Assembly (NCBI GenBank): GCA_035292785.1
Contig: DATDPK010000032.1
Coordinates: forward strand, 1 to 50,055
Direction of reading: 5' to 3'
Length of the DNA: 50,055 nucleotides
Origin: Candidatus Nanoarchaeia archaeon
GTDB lineage: Archaea > Nanobdellota > Nanobdellia > Woesearchaeales > ARS49
A program made the translations under genes and the position numbers. Below are positions 7,736-15,258 of this stretch, in pieces (position 1 is the stretch's first letter; the number at the start of each line of letters is the position of its first letter). Under the pieces are notes generated by a model. That model saw only the letters and a list, made by a program, of their open reading frames with translations. It had not been told where the DNA came from and ran no database searches.

Positions 7736-8188
7736 ATGTACAGGATAAAAACAGGCTATACGGTTGCTGATGCAATGACGCAAGAGCCGGTAATGATAAC
7801 TTCTAATAAAACACTGCGCGATGCAGCCAAAATAATGGAAAAACAACACGTAGGAGCCCTTCTGGTAAAAGAAGACGACAAGATTGTAGGAATAATAACA
7901 GAACAAGACATGGTAAGAAAAGGAATAGCGGGAGCTGGAAACACAGCACAGAAAAAAGTAAAGGAAATAATGGCAGCAGACCTTGTCACAACAACGCCGG
8001 ATGAAGACATATTTGAAGCGCTAAGAATAATGCGCGATTACAATTTCAGGCACCTGCCTGTAATGCACGAAGGAAAATTTGTAGGACTTGTAACACTCAA
8101 AGACATTCTAAGAATAGAGCCGGACTTGTACGAAATTCTTGTAGAAAAAATAGAGTTAAGGGAAGAAGAAAGAAAACCGTTGAAGTGA
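7736..8188 (+). CDS. CBS-domain pair protein
   Basis: Two CBS repeats: VADAMTQEPVMITSNKTLRDAAKIMEKQHVGALLV.. and VKEIMAADLVTTTPDEDIFEALRIMRDYNFRHLPV.. Confidence 0.85.
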   Translation: MYRIKTGYTVADAMTQEPVMITSNKTLRDAAKIMEKQHVGALLVKEDDKIVGIITEQDMVRKGIAGAGNTAQKKVKEIMAADLVTTTPDEDIFEALRIMRDYNFRHLPVMHEGKFVGLVTLKDILRIEPDLYEILVEKIELREEERKPLK

Positions 8189-8253
8189 AATTTCGCTGTT
8201 CTGAATACAAAGTTTTTTAAAATCAACGATGCGAAGCAGAACCCGGTGGCTAA

Positions 8254-8733
8254 ATGAAAAGACCTTCGCTTGAAGAAAGACTGAGAAGTTTTGATGGAAG
8301 TCCTTTAGAGCTTTACAGAAGCGAATATGCAGGAGTGACGCGGTGGGAGTTAAAAAAAAGAGACTTAAGCCTATACAGGCGGCTGTGCAAGGACAGACTA
8401 ATAAGCGAAGTTCCACGTTCATATGCTGAGTTTGGTGAAGATGCTTTACAGTGCTATAGAGAAAATTATGACGGGCTATCAAGATACGAACTTCAGCAAA
8501 CAAATGAAGGACTATACAACAGAATGTTAAGAGAAGGATTGCTGCACAACGTACCTGTCAAAAACAAAAGTGAAGTGGAAAGGGAAAAATCACCATATGG
8601 CGCGAATGCTTTGACATATTACAGAAAGCATTATGCAGGTTTAACCAGAGGGCAATTAAAAAGTAAAAGGCCTGGCTTGTATGCCAGACTTAGAAAAGAT
8701 GGTCTTTTGAAACACGTGCCAAAAGCGGCTTAA
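8254..8733 (+). CDS. Protein built from three tandem repeats of about 45 aa (hypothetical)
   Basis: Repeat consensus is G..aL..YR..Y.GltR.eL......LY.RL.+dgLl..VP. It occurs three times, at about residues 14, 60 and 115. Confidence 0.6.
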   Translation: MKRPSLEERLRSFDGSPLELYRSEYAGVTRWELKKRDLSLYRRLCKDRLISEVPRSYAEFGEDALQCYRENYDGLSRYELQQTNEGLYNRMLREGLLHNVPVKNKSEVEREKSPYGANALTYYRKHYAGLTRGQLKSKRPGLYARLRKDGLLKHVPKAA

Positions 8734-8943
8734 TTATTTCTTTTTCTTAGCGTACTGAGTCATTAACCAAGCGCCGTACAAAGATGCGACACCAATTATG
8801 TCGTACACAATTCTTGAACCCATACCATCGCCAAGAAGCGTGGTGACCAGGTTGAAGTTAAAGAATCCAACCAGACCCCAGTTCAATCCACCGATAATCA
8901 CTATAATCCAAGCAATCCATTCCAAATTACTCGCTTTTGCCAT
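8734..8943 (-). CDS. DUF378-family small membrane protein
   Basis: IGGLNWGLVGFFNFNLV motif typical of DUF378. GAGGTGA Shine-Dalgarno site lies 4 nt upstream of the ATG. Confidence 0.7.
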   Translation of the reverse strand: MAKASNLEWIAWIIVIIGGLNWGLVGFFNFNLVTTLLGDGMGSRIVYDIIGVASLYGAWLMTQYAKKKK

Positions 8944-9040
8944 AAAATCACCTCGTTTTCATAAGATATTTGCGAAGAGGGTATATAATCTTTTCTTAAG
9001 CAGAAAGCTTTTTAAACCCCTTCCTTACATCCTCATTCTT

Positions 9041-9604
9041 ATGGCAAGACTTCGAAAATTCGTCTGTTACAGAGGAGTGAAACGAGCTTATACACGATTC
9101 TCAAAGTACAAGAAACTCTGCTATATCAGGGCAAGGCCGGCAAACAGGATATCAAGATACACCGGTGGAACACAGGCCACCTATGACATAAACGTTCATC
9201 TCGTATCAAAATCAGGACTGCAAATAAGAGATGCGGCATTAGAAAGCGCAAGACAAACAGCAAACAGAGTGCTTGAAGGAACCTTGGGAAAAGCAGGATA
9301 CTTCTTCCAAATGAGAGTATACCCGCACCACGTACTAAGAGAAAACCCATTGGCATCAGGAGCAGGAGCAGACAGACTTTCAACAGGAATGGCGCACAAC
9401 TACGGAAAACCAATAGGCCTAGCAGCACAAATAAAACAAGGACAGGCAATATTCACAGTAAAAACATCCAAAGACAACGTACCGCTCGCACGCCAAGCAC
9501 TAAAAAGAGGCTCGGCAAAACTGCCTTGCAGATGTTCTATACTTGTGCAAGAGCGCACAAATCTGAAAAAGATGATTACGAAAAAGACAGCTTTTGTTAG
9601 ATAA
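9041..9604 (+). CDS. rpl10e: 50S ribosomal protein L10e (uL16)
   Basis: MARLRKFVCYRGVKRAYTRFSKY...GAGADRLSTGMAHNYGKPIGLAAQ. The in-frame ATG at 9041 is residue 82 of the over-extended ORF 8798..9604. CTTTTTAAAC TATA box at 9008-9017. Confidence 0.9.
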   Translation: MARLRKFVCYRGVKRAYTRFSKYKKLCYIRARPANRISRYTGGTQATYDINVHLVSKSGLQIRDAALESARQTANRVLEGTLGKAGYFFQMRVYPHHVLRENPLASGAGADRLSTGMAHNYGKPIGLAAQIKQGQAIFTVKTSKDNVPLARQALKRGSAKLPCRCSILVQERTNLKKMITKKTAFVR

Positions 9605-9651
9605 GTTTTATAAGCTAATAATCATTAATAATTCTAAAAAAGAGTGATAAA

Positions 9652-9855
9652 ATGGTAAAACAAAACTTAGGCAAACTGGACAGGATTTTCAGGTTTGTGC
9701 TCGCCATATGGTGGCTTGGACCCTGGGCGCCGGTATTCTACGCTGACTGGGCAAACTGGCTCATCGTTATAGTAGCGTGGATAGCCCTTGCAGAAAGCTT
9801 CTTTGGATGGTGCGCACTGCACGACCTGCTGAAAATCAACAACAAAAGCCAGTAG
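9652..9855 (+). CDS. DUF2892 (YgaP-like) small membrane protein
   Basis: N-terminal NLGKLDRIFRFVLA and C-terminal FFGWCALHDLLKI fit the DUF2892 pattern as I recall it. Confidence 0.55.
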   Translation: MVKQNLGKLDRIFRFVLAIWWLGPWAPVFYADWANWLIVIVAWIALAESFFGWCALHDLLKINNKSQ

Positions 9856-9865
9856 AGGTGAATAA

Positions 9866-10138
9866 ATGGCAAAACTTGATGGGAATAAATTAGGCTTGAC
9901 ATTCGGAATATTTGGCGCAATACTGCACGCAGTATGGTCATTATTTGTTGCAATTATGCCTTCAGGATTACAGGGATTTCTTAATTGGCTGATGTTATTA
10001 CATTCTTTGAGCATGCCAGCCGTAGTAATGCCATTCAGCTTAATGAATGCAATATTGCTGGTTATCGCGGTATTTGTAATCTGGTACGCACTTGGCAGAG
10101 TATTTGCAGCAGTCTGGAACTGGGTTGCGAAGTTTTAG
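9866..10138 (+). CDS. Small multi-pass membrane protein (hypothetical)
   Basis: 90 aa with three hydrophobic helices. GAGGTGA Shine-Dalgarno site lies 4 nt upstream of the ATG. Confidence 0.5.
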   Translation: MAKLDGNKLGLTFGIFGAILHAVWSLFVAIMPSGLQGFLNWLMLLHSLSMPAVVMPFSLMNAILLVIAVFVIWYALGRVFAAVWNWVAKF

Positions 10139-10935
10139 ATTTGCTTTTGAAATTTCCTGAGAACTTGCGGAATAACCTGAATTAAATCGCTTGCCAGATA
10201 TCCAAAGCCCATCTTCTTGTACAATAATTCTGCAGCTTTGCCATTGACATATACTGCTGCATATGCGGACATAAATGCATCATTGCCCTGCGCAATCAAG
10301 GCAGAGACGATGCCTGCAAGCACATCGCCAGTGCCTCCGTGAGTCATTCCAGCATTGCCTGTCTTATTGTAAGCAATTTTGTTTTTACTGATAATTGCAG
10401 TCACAGGATGGCCTTTCTTGACAAGAATATTATTGCCAAGATATTTCTGCACATTTCCTTTCAACCTGCTGTTTTTTAACAGGACTTCGTATTCCTTTGC
10501 GTGCGGCAATAACACCGAGTTTCTGACATCCTGTATTCTTATCACTCTCAATGCAGCTGCATCTATAACCATTGGTTTTTTTATTTTTTTAATCACTTGC
10601 TGCATAAATTTTTTTGCTCCTGACGTGAATGCTATTCCGTTTCCTATTTCAACTACATCTGCGTTTTTTGTCAATTGTAGAACTTGTTTTACGTTTTTCT
10701 GCAAGAAGTTTTTGCAGGGGATTTTCTTTGTTATAATGTCCGGTGCTATGCAGTTTATTGCCCAGGCTACTTTTTCTGGCGCAATTACTGTTACCAGGTC
10801 TGCTCCGCTTCTTAATGTTGCCAGTGCGGCCATGCCAACCAGCGTAGGAGCTCCAATGTAGTCTTCGCTGCCGCCGATTATCACCACATTGCCGTTGTCT
10901 CCTTTGTGTGAGCTTTTTTTTCTTGGTTTGAGCAT
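10135..10935 (-). CDS. nnrD: ADP/ATP-dependent NAD(P)H-hydrate dehydratase (YjeF C-terminal/carbohydrate kinase family)
   Basis: HKGDNGNVVIIGGSEDYIGAPTLVGMAAL...GMTHGGTGDVLAGIVSALIAQG. TATA-like CTTTAAATTAAG lies about 27 nt upstream. Confidence 0.85.
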   Translation of the reverse strand: MLKPRKKSSHKGDNGNVVIIGGSEDYIGAPTLVGMAALATLRSGADLVTVIAPEKVAWAINCIAPDIITKKIPCKNFLQKNVKQVLQLTKNADVVEIGNGIAFTSGAKKFMQQVIKKIKKPMVIDAAALRVIRIQDVRNSVLLPHAKEYEVLLKNSRLKGNVQKYLGNNILVKKGHPVTAIISKNKIAYNKTGNAGMTHGGTGDVLAGIVSALIAQGNDAFMSAYAAVYVNGKAAELLYKKMGFGYLASDLIQVIPQVLRKFQKQI

Positions 10936-11098
10936 ATGCTGGCTGTATTTGGGCTTAATTTAAAGTTTTGTCACTATTCCTCGGAACTTAACATTCGTTA
11001 AGTGAAGTTTAAATACGAGAAGCATTACAGTATTTGTAATGGTTGCTGAGGTGTAATGATGAAACGAATTCCACGCGTGTTGAGAATTTTCCGAAAAG

Positions 11099-11106
11099 TA
11101 TTTAAA
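11099..11106 (+). promoter_or_regulatory. TATA box of the arsR-family operon
   Basis: TATTTAAA is centred about 22 nt upstream of the ATG at 11124, which implies a leaderless or near-leaderless mRNA. Confidence 0.5.
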
Positions 11107-11107
11107 C

Positions 11108-11123
11108 ATTAGAATATTCTAAT
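11108..11123. promoter_or_regulatory. Perfect 16-bp palindrome ATTAGAATATTCTAAT, putative ArsR-type operator
   Basis: The sequence is its own reverse complement. It sits between the TATA box and the ATG (11124) of the ArsR-family gene. Confidence 0.55.
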
Positions 11124-11429
11124 ATGTTTATGGGAAAGCAGCTCTATGTTGTTCATGCGGAGATGTGCAAGGTATTTTCCAACCCTACAAGGCTGGAAAT
11201 TCTGAACTTGCTCAGAAATGGGGAGCTTTCTGTGACGGTGCTTATGAAAAAGACTAAGCTAAGTCAGGCAAATGTTTCACAGCATCTTTCCATTATGAAG
11301 AATAAAGGAGTCATCACGGCTTCAAGAAGGGGGAAAAATATCAATTACAGGCTGACAAATCCGAAAATCATCCAGGCGTTTGACATTATTCGGGAAATAC
11401 TTCGTGAACGTTTGCGAAGGGGGGCGTAA
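11124..11429 (+). CDS. ArsR/SmtB-family metalloregulatory transcription repressor
   Basis: MCKVFSNPTRLEILNLLRNGELSVTVLMKKTKLSQANVSQHLSIMKNKGVITASRRGKNINYRL is a wHTH with the ArsR signature. Confidence 0.85.
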   Translation: MFMGKQLYVVHAEMCKVFSNPTRLEILNLLRNGELSVTVLMKKTKLSQANVSQHLSIMKNKGVITASRRGKNINYRLTNPKIIQAFDIIREILRERLRRGA

Positions 11430-11430
11430 T

Positions 11431-11943
11431 ATGCGTTTACAAACATTAATGGTTGTGGCGGTATTGCTTTGCGCAGCCATTGTAATGGCAGATGGCAGCC
11501 ATGAGCAGGAATTCGCTGAAGGCAAGCGCCTTGTTGAGTCTGGCGCGAAATGCGATACGCTGACAGGTGAGGAGCTTGAAGCTATTGGCGAGTATTTTAT
11601 GGAACAGATGCATCCTGGCGAAGCTCACGATCAGATGCACAAAATGATGGGAATGGAAGAAGGAACGGAATATCACGACCAGTTCCATGTTAATATGGCA
11701 AAAATGATGTATTGCGGCGAAGGTGGAATGATGCCAATGATGATGGATATGATGGGCGGCGGCATGATGGGTCCTGGGATGATGGGAGGTTATGGCGGCC
11801 AAATGATGGGCGGTTATGGAATGATGGGTAGCACAATATGGGGCTTTGGCTCGGTCTTGTGGACGCTGATTTTTGTTGGACTGTTACTGGTGGTTTGGCT
11901 CTGGGTGTTCAAGCTCTGGCGTGACTTGTTTGGAAGAAGATAA
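11431..11943 (+). CDS. Secreted, C-terminally anchored Met/His-rich protein (putative Cu/Ag-type metal binding)
   Basis: ATG at 11431 lies 1 nt after the arsR stop; the ORF track's 11380 start is an upstream extension. Signal peptide MRLQTLMVVAVLLCAAIVMADG. Contains HPGEAHDQMHKMMGMEEGTEYHDQFH and MMPMMMDMMGGGMMGPGMMGGYGGQMMGGYGMMG, plus a C-terminal TM helix. Confidence 0.65.
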   Translation: MRLQTLMVVAVLLCAAIVMADGSHEQEFAEGKRLVESGAKCDTLTGEELEAIGEYFMEQMHPGEAHDQMHKMMGMEEGTEYHDQFHVNMAKMMYCGEGGMMPMMMDMMGGGMMGPGMMGGYGGQMMGGYGMMGSTIWGFGSVLWTLIFVGLLLVVWLWVFKLWRDLFGRR

Positions 11944-11972
11944 AAAATACTATCAAGTCCGGGGTGAAAGTT

Positions 11973-12173
11973 ATGAAAGAAAACAAAAACGCGTGGATAT
12001 TGGTAATTGTGGCTGTTGCATTGTTTTTTCTTTTTGGCGGTTTTGGCACGGGCGGCTATGGCATGATGGGTTTTGGAATGGGATTCGGATTCATCTTTAT
12101 GCTGTTGTTCTGGGCAGTGCTTATTTGGTTGGTCATCACGTTTGTCAATGCTACTCAAGGCAAAAAAAGATGA
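11973..12173 (+). CDS. Small membrane protein with a GGYGMMGFGMGFG motif (COG3462/DUF2078-like)
   Basis: ORF 11964 starts at GTG. The ATG at 11973 follows GGGGTGA plus a 5-nt spacer. The C-terminal half resembles the C-terminus of the preceding Met-rich protein. Confidence 0.5.
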   Translation: MKENKNAWILVIVAVALFFLFGGFGTGGYGMMGFGMGFGFIFMLLFWAVLIWLVITFVNATQGKKR

Positions 12174-12237
12174 TAAGCTAAAATGGCTGAACAACTAATA
12201 GAAGCGCAAAAAGCTGTCGAGCTTGTGGAGGTAATGT

Positions 12238-12759
12238 ATGAAACTGAACAATGTTGACGTTGGGAAGGCTGCAGTGTTTGTCAGCGAAGTGAAAAAGGAC
12301 TCCGGCAAGGCAGTAAAGGAGAAGAAAGTAGTTGGTGAATGGGTTTTTGAAGAGGGAAAACCACAGTTCAAAGCAATTCTGCAGCATGGGGAGAAAAGCA
12401 CAGTGGTGGAAGCGGACGGGCCTTCTTTTCTTGGTGGTTCTGCCCTTAAACCAGATCCGGTGCAATACTGTCTTTTCGGGTTGGCGGCGTGTTTTGCGCA
12501 GACGTTTGCCGGCATTGCCGCAGAGCAGGGAATCCTGCTGAAGAAACTGGTTGTTTCCGCCGAAAACAGAGTAAACTTGGCAAAAGCGCTTGGCTTGGGA
12601 GAGCAGCCGATTGTGGAAAAGGCTTTTTTGGCTGTTGAAGTCGAAAGTTCGGCTCCTGACAAGATGAAGGAAATCGAAAAGCTTTCAAGTGAGCGCTGCC
12701 CCGGTGTTTACTGTTTGACCAATCCGATTCCGCTCGAAATCAAATTAACCGTGCGCTGA
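12238..12759 (+). CDS. OsmC/Ohr-family peroxiredoxin-like protein
   Basis: GGSALKPDPVQYCLFGLAACFAQTF ... SERCPGVYCL carries the two conserved Cys contexts of OsmC. GGAGGT Shine-Dalgarno site lies 5 nt upstream. Confidence 0.8.
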   Translation: MKLNNVDVGKAAVFVSEVKKDSGKAVKEKKVVGEWVFEEGKPQFKAILQHGEKSTVVEADGPSFLGGSALKPDPVQYCLFGLAACFAQTFAGIAAEQGILLKKLVVSAENRVNLAKALGLGEQPIVEKAFLAVEVESSAPDKMKEIEKLSSERCPGVYCLTNPIPLEIKLTVR

Positions 12760-13437
12760 CTATTTCATTTTCAGGTTTGAACATACTTCCTCAAATAATG
12801 GAGTCCAAAGCGTTCCAAAGCTGAAACCGAAAAGGATTTCTTCGATAGGAACTCTTAAGAGTGTTATTCCACTGAGCGCAGACATATTCCACGTTACCAT
12901 AATCCACGGGAAAATGAAATCTACGATTGCAAGAGATGCCCAATAAAGAAATGCGAATAAGAATCCACCAAATATGATATGATTTCTTAATTTTGGATAA
13001 ATCAGATAAGCAAATGCTCCGCCTGCCAAGCAAGCTATTGATGACGGATAAATTATGTTCCATTGCGGAAATCCTTTGATAAGAACAATGAATGCCACGA
13101 GTGTTGCAATAAACGGCGTATAACACCTGCACATCGGATGGCATATTTTTTGCTTTGAAGGCAGATGTTTCTTGAAAATGCCTTCATAAACATACGCAGC
13201 TATTCCTCCCAAAAAGAACATTAGCAAAAATGCTTCAATGTCAATACTGTATTTTAATCCTAAATTAAATAATGTTTGGGGCATCCAATAATTAGGAATG
13301 AAATATAATTCTCCCAGCCCGAAAGGAAATGCTATCCAGCTGCTCCAAAGCATTTTTTGGCGCAGTTTTGGATTTAAGGCGTATGCAAATATCCAGATTA
13401 TGCCAAGCAATGATACCCAAATCAGGTATTCATACAT
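12760..13437 (-). CDS. Polytopic membrane protein, possible lycopene-cyclase-domain family
   Basis: 7 or more hydrophobic helices. The C-terminal LSGITLLRVPIEEILFGFSFG resembles the PxEE motif of the CrtYc/d-type domain, and the first half has a weaker copy (SIDIEAFLLMFF). Confidence 0.45.
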   Translation of the reverse strand: MYEYLIWVSLLGIIWIFAYALNPKLRQKMLWSSWIAFPFGLGELYFIPNYWMPQTLFNLGLKYSIDIEAFLLMFFLGGIAAYVYEGIFKKHLPSKQKICHPMCRCYTPFIATLVAFIVLIKGFPQWNIIYPSSIACLAGGAFAYLIYPKLRNHIIFGGFLFAFLYWASLAIVDFIFPWIMVTWNMSALSGITLLRVPIEEILFGFSFGTLWTPLFEEVCSNLKMK

Positions 13438-13544
13438 TAAATCACCTTTTTCATATAATCAATTTTCTGGGGTTTATATTTGTTTTCACCTAAATCTTTT
13501 TATACCCTTTACTTATACTCATCATAGCAAATGAGGTGCTGGAT

Positions 13545-13892
13545 ATGGCTGAAAAGATAATTGTAGAAACTGTACGAGCAGCAGAAAACTGCGTCAGAGA
13601 TATTAAAAATTGGCTTGCTGTTTTCAAAACAGAATATGACATTGCAGATGAAGCTGTAAAAGTGCTTCACGAAAAGCTTGATGACATTGGCAGCAAAATG
13701 GCAGGAATAAAGTGCACAAAAGCAGGCGTGGAAGCAGCTTCTGTGCAGCCTGTTGCAAACGCAACACGAGACGCGAAGAACTGGCTTGCAGTATTCGCAA
13801 AAGAATATGATATGTCAGGAGAAGCACTCGGCGTACTGCACAACAAGCTGGATGAATTAGGTTCTAAATTAGCAGCAATAGAGTGCAAATAA
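13545..13892 (+). CDS. Hypothetical protein made of two repeats of about 55 aa
   Basis: The ATG at 13545 follows TGAGGTG plus a 6-nt spacer; the ORF track start at 13536 is GTG. The repeats are RDIKNWLAVFKTEYDIADEAVKVLHEKLDDIGSKMAGIKC and RDAKNWLAVFAKEYDMSGEALGVLHNKLDELGSKLAAIEC. Confidence 0.55.
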   Translation: MAEKIIVETVRAAENCVRDIKNWLAVFKTEYDIADEAVKVLHEKLDDIGSKMAGIKCTKAGVEAASVQPVANATRDAKNWLAVFAKEYDMSGEALGVLHNKLDELGSKLAAIECK

Positions 13893-13896
13893 GAAT

Positions 13897-13971
13897 TTAA
13901 ACAACAGCGCGCACTGCAACAGCTAATACTGCGCAGATTGCCATGATAACCGCAATAGTAATTTCCTTCAC
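13897..13971 (-). CDS. Candidate 24-aa hydrophobic micro-protein (unannotated)
   Basis: GTG start preceded by GGAGGGG with an 8-nt spacer. Peptide (M)KEITIAVIMAICAVLAVAVRAVV. TATA-like GCTTTAAAAAC lies about 50 nt upstream. It is below the ORF-track size cutoff. Confidence 0.3.
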   Translation of the reverse strand: MKEITIAVIMAICAVLAVAVRAVV

Positions 13972-14031
13972 TTAAATCCCCTCCAAATACCCAATTGAAG
14001 GAAAAAATAAGATATCTGTTTTTAAAGCTTT

Positions 14032-15258
14032 CTAATCAAGTCCCCAATCATCGCCTGAAGAGTCAGAATGCGTATGCACTTTAACCTCTTCTCCTGGATG
14101 AGGAGCATGCACTGCTTCAATATGAGACTTGTCGCGCGGAGGCGTTAATATCTTGCCTTCTGCAGTGATATACTGCACTTCCAAGAACATCTTAATCTCA
14201 GATTCCACTGCCCTCAACAAATGCTCATCAATTTGAGTGACAAAAGTAATTGCGTCGCCTTCCTTGCCGGCACGGCCAGTTCTACCAATACGGTGAACAT
14301 AGCTCTTAGGATTTCTAGGTATATCATAATTCACAACGTGAGTAACACCCTCTATGTGCAATCCCCTTGCTGCAACATCTGTTGCCACAAGAATACTATA
14401 CCTGCCAGAGTTAAAGTCCTGAATGACCCTATTTCTATTATTCTGGCTTAAACCAGAATGAATGCTTGTTGACTGGAAACGCTTTTTCCACAAAATATTA
14501 GAAAGCCTTTCAGCCCAGTCTTTTGTGTTAACGAAAATCATAACTTTCTTGGCAGCCTTGTCAGACAAGATTTTTGCCAAAACGTCAACCTTCTGCTTTC
14601 TGTCAACACCAAGAACACGCTGCCTGATTTTCTTGACAGTAATTTCATCCTGCTGCAACAATAATGTTTCAGGCTCTTTCATATAACGCTGTGAAATGTT
14701 TACAACTTGGTCAGGCATAGTTGCTGAAAACAGCATAGTCTGCCTGTCCTTTGGAGTCCTGCGCAAAATCTTCTCAACATCGTCAATAAATCCCATATCG
14801 AGCATCCTGTCAGCTTCATCCAAAACGACAAATCTAACGTTGGAGAGGTCAATAGTGCCTCTTTGCATATGGTCCAAAATTCTTCCAGGAGTTGCGACTG
14901 CAATCTGTGCACCGCGGTCAAGCCTTTCTATCTGGGGAACAATGCTGACTCCGCCATAAAGAAGAACTGTTTTTACATTAAGCGCCAATTTATGCGTTTC
15001 CTTATCAGTTTGAACTGCCAACTCTCTTGTTGGCGACAATATCAACGCCTGCAATTTATTGTCAGGCACAAGATTCTGCAGTATTGGAAGCAAGAACGCG
15101 AATGTTTTACCGCTTCCTGTCTTGCTTCTAACAATCAAATCCTTGCCTTGCAGCAATATTGGAATTGATTTTTCCTGAACCTCTGTAGGGTCTTCATACT
15201 TTAACTTCTGCAGAGCTGTCAATAGCTCTTGCTTTAGGTTTAATTCACTAAATTTCAT
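14032..15258 (-). CDS. DEAD-box ATP-dependent RNA helicase
   Basis: Motifs present: Q-motif, SKTGSGKTFAF, PTRELA, DEAD, SAT and HRIGRTGRAG. GGAGA Shine-Dalgarno site lies 6 nt upstream. Confidence 0.92.
   Translation of the reverse strand: MKFSELNLKQELLTALQKLKYEDPTEVQEKSIPILLQGKDLIVRSKTGSGKTFAFLLPILQNLVPDNKLQALILSPTRELAVQTDKETHKLALNVKTVLLYGGVSIVPQIERLDRGAQIAVATPGRILDHMQRGTIDLSNVRFVVLDEADRMLDMGFIDDVEKILRRTPKDRQTMLFSATMPDQVVNISQRYMKEPETLLLQQDEITVKKIRQRVLGVDRKQKVDVLAKILSDKAAKKVMIFVNTKDWAERLSNILWKKRFQSTSIHSGLSQNNRNRVIQDFNSGRYSILVATDVAARGLHIEGVTHVVNYDIPRNPKSYVHRIGRTGRAGKEGDAITFVTQIDEHLLRAVESEIKMFLEVQYITAEGKILTPPRDKSHIEAVHAPHPGEEVKVHTHSDSSGDDWGLD

Noticed and set aside
8798-9040. An 81-codon N-terminal extension of the L10e ORF.
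   Set aside because: It is antisense to the DUF378 gene and spans its promoter region. The conserved L10e N-terminus (MARLRKF) starts at 9041 with a TATA box 29 nt upstream.
11057-11113. An 18-codon ORF (MMKRIPRVLRIFRKVFKH) with GAGGTG upstream, lying in front of arsR.
   Set aside because: It overlaps the arsR TATA box and operator. It is too short to evaluate and there is no independent support. I note it only as a possible uORF.
11380-11430. Upstream start (11380) for the Met-rich protein, overlapping arsR.
   Set aside because: The signal peptide begins at the ATG at 11431, immediately after the arsR stop. The 17 extra residues overlap arsR in another frame.
12178-12688. Minus-strand ORFs 12195..12662 (155 aa), 12178..12465 and 12446..12688.
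   Set aside because: They are antisense to the well-supported OsmC gene and show no motifs.
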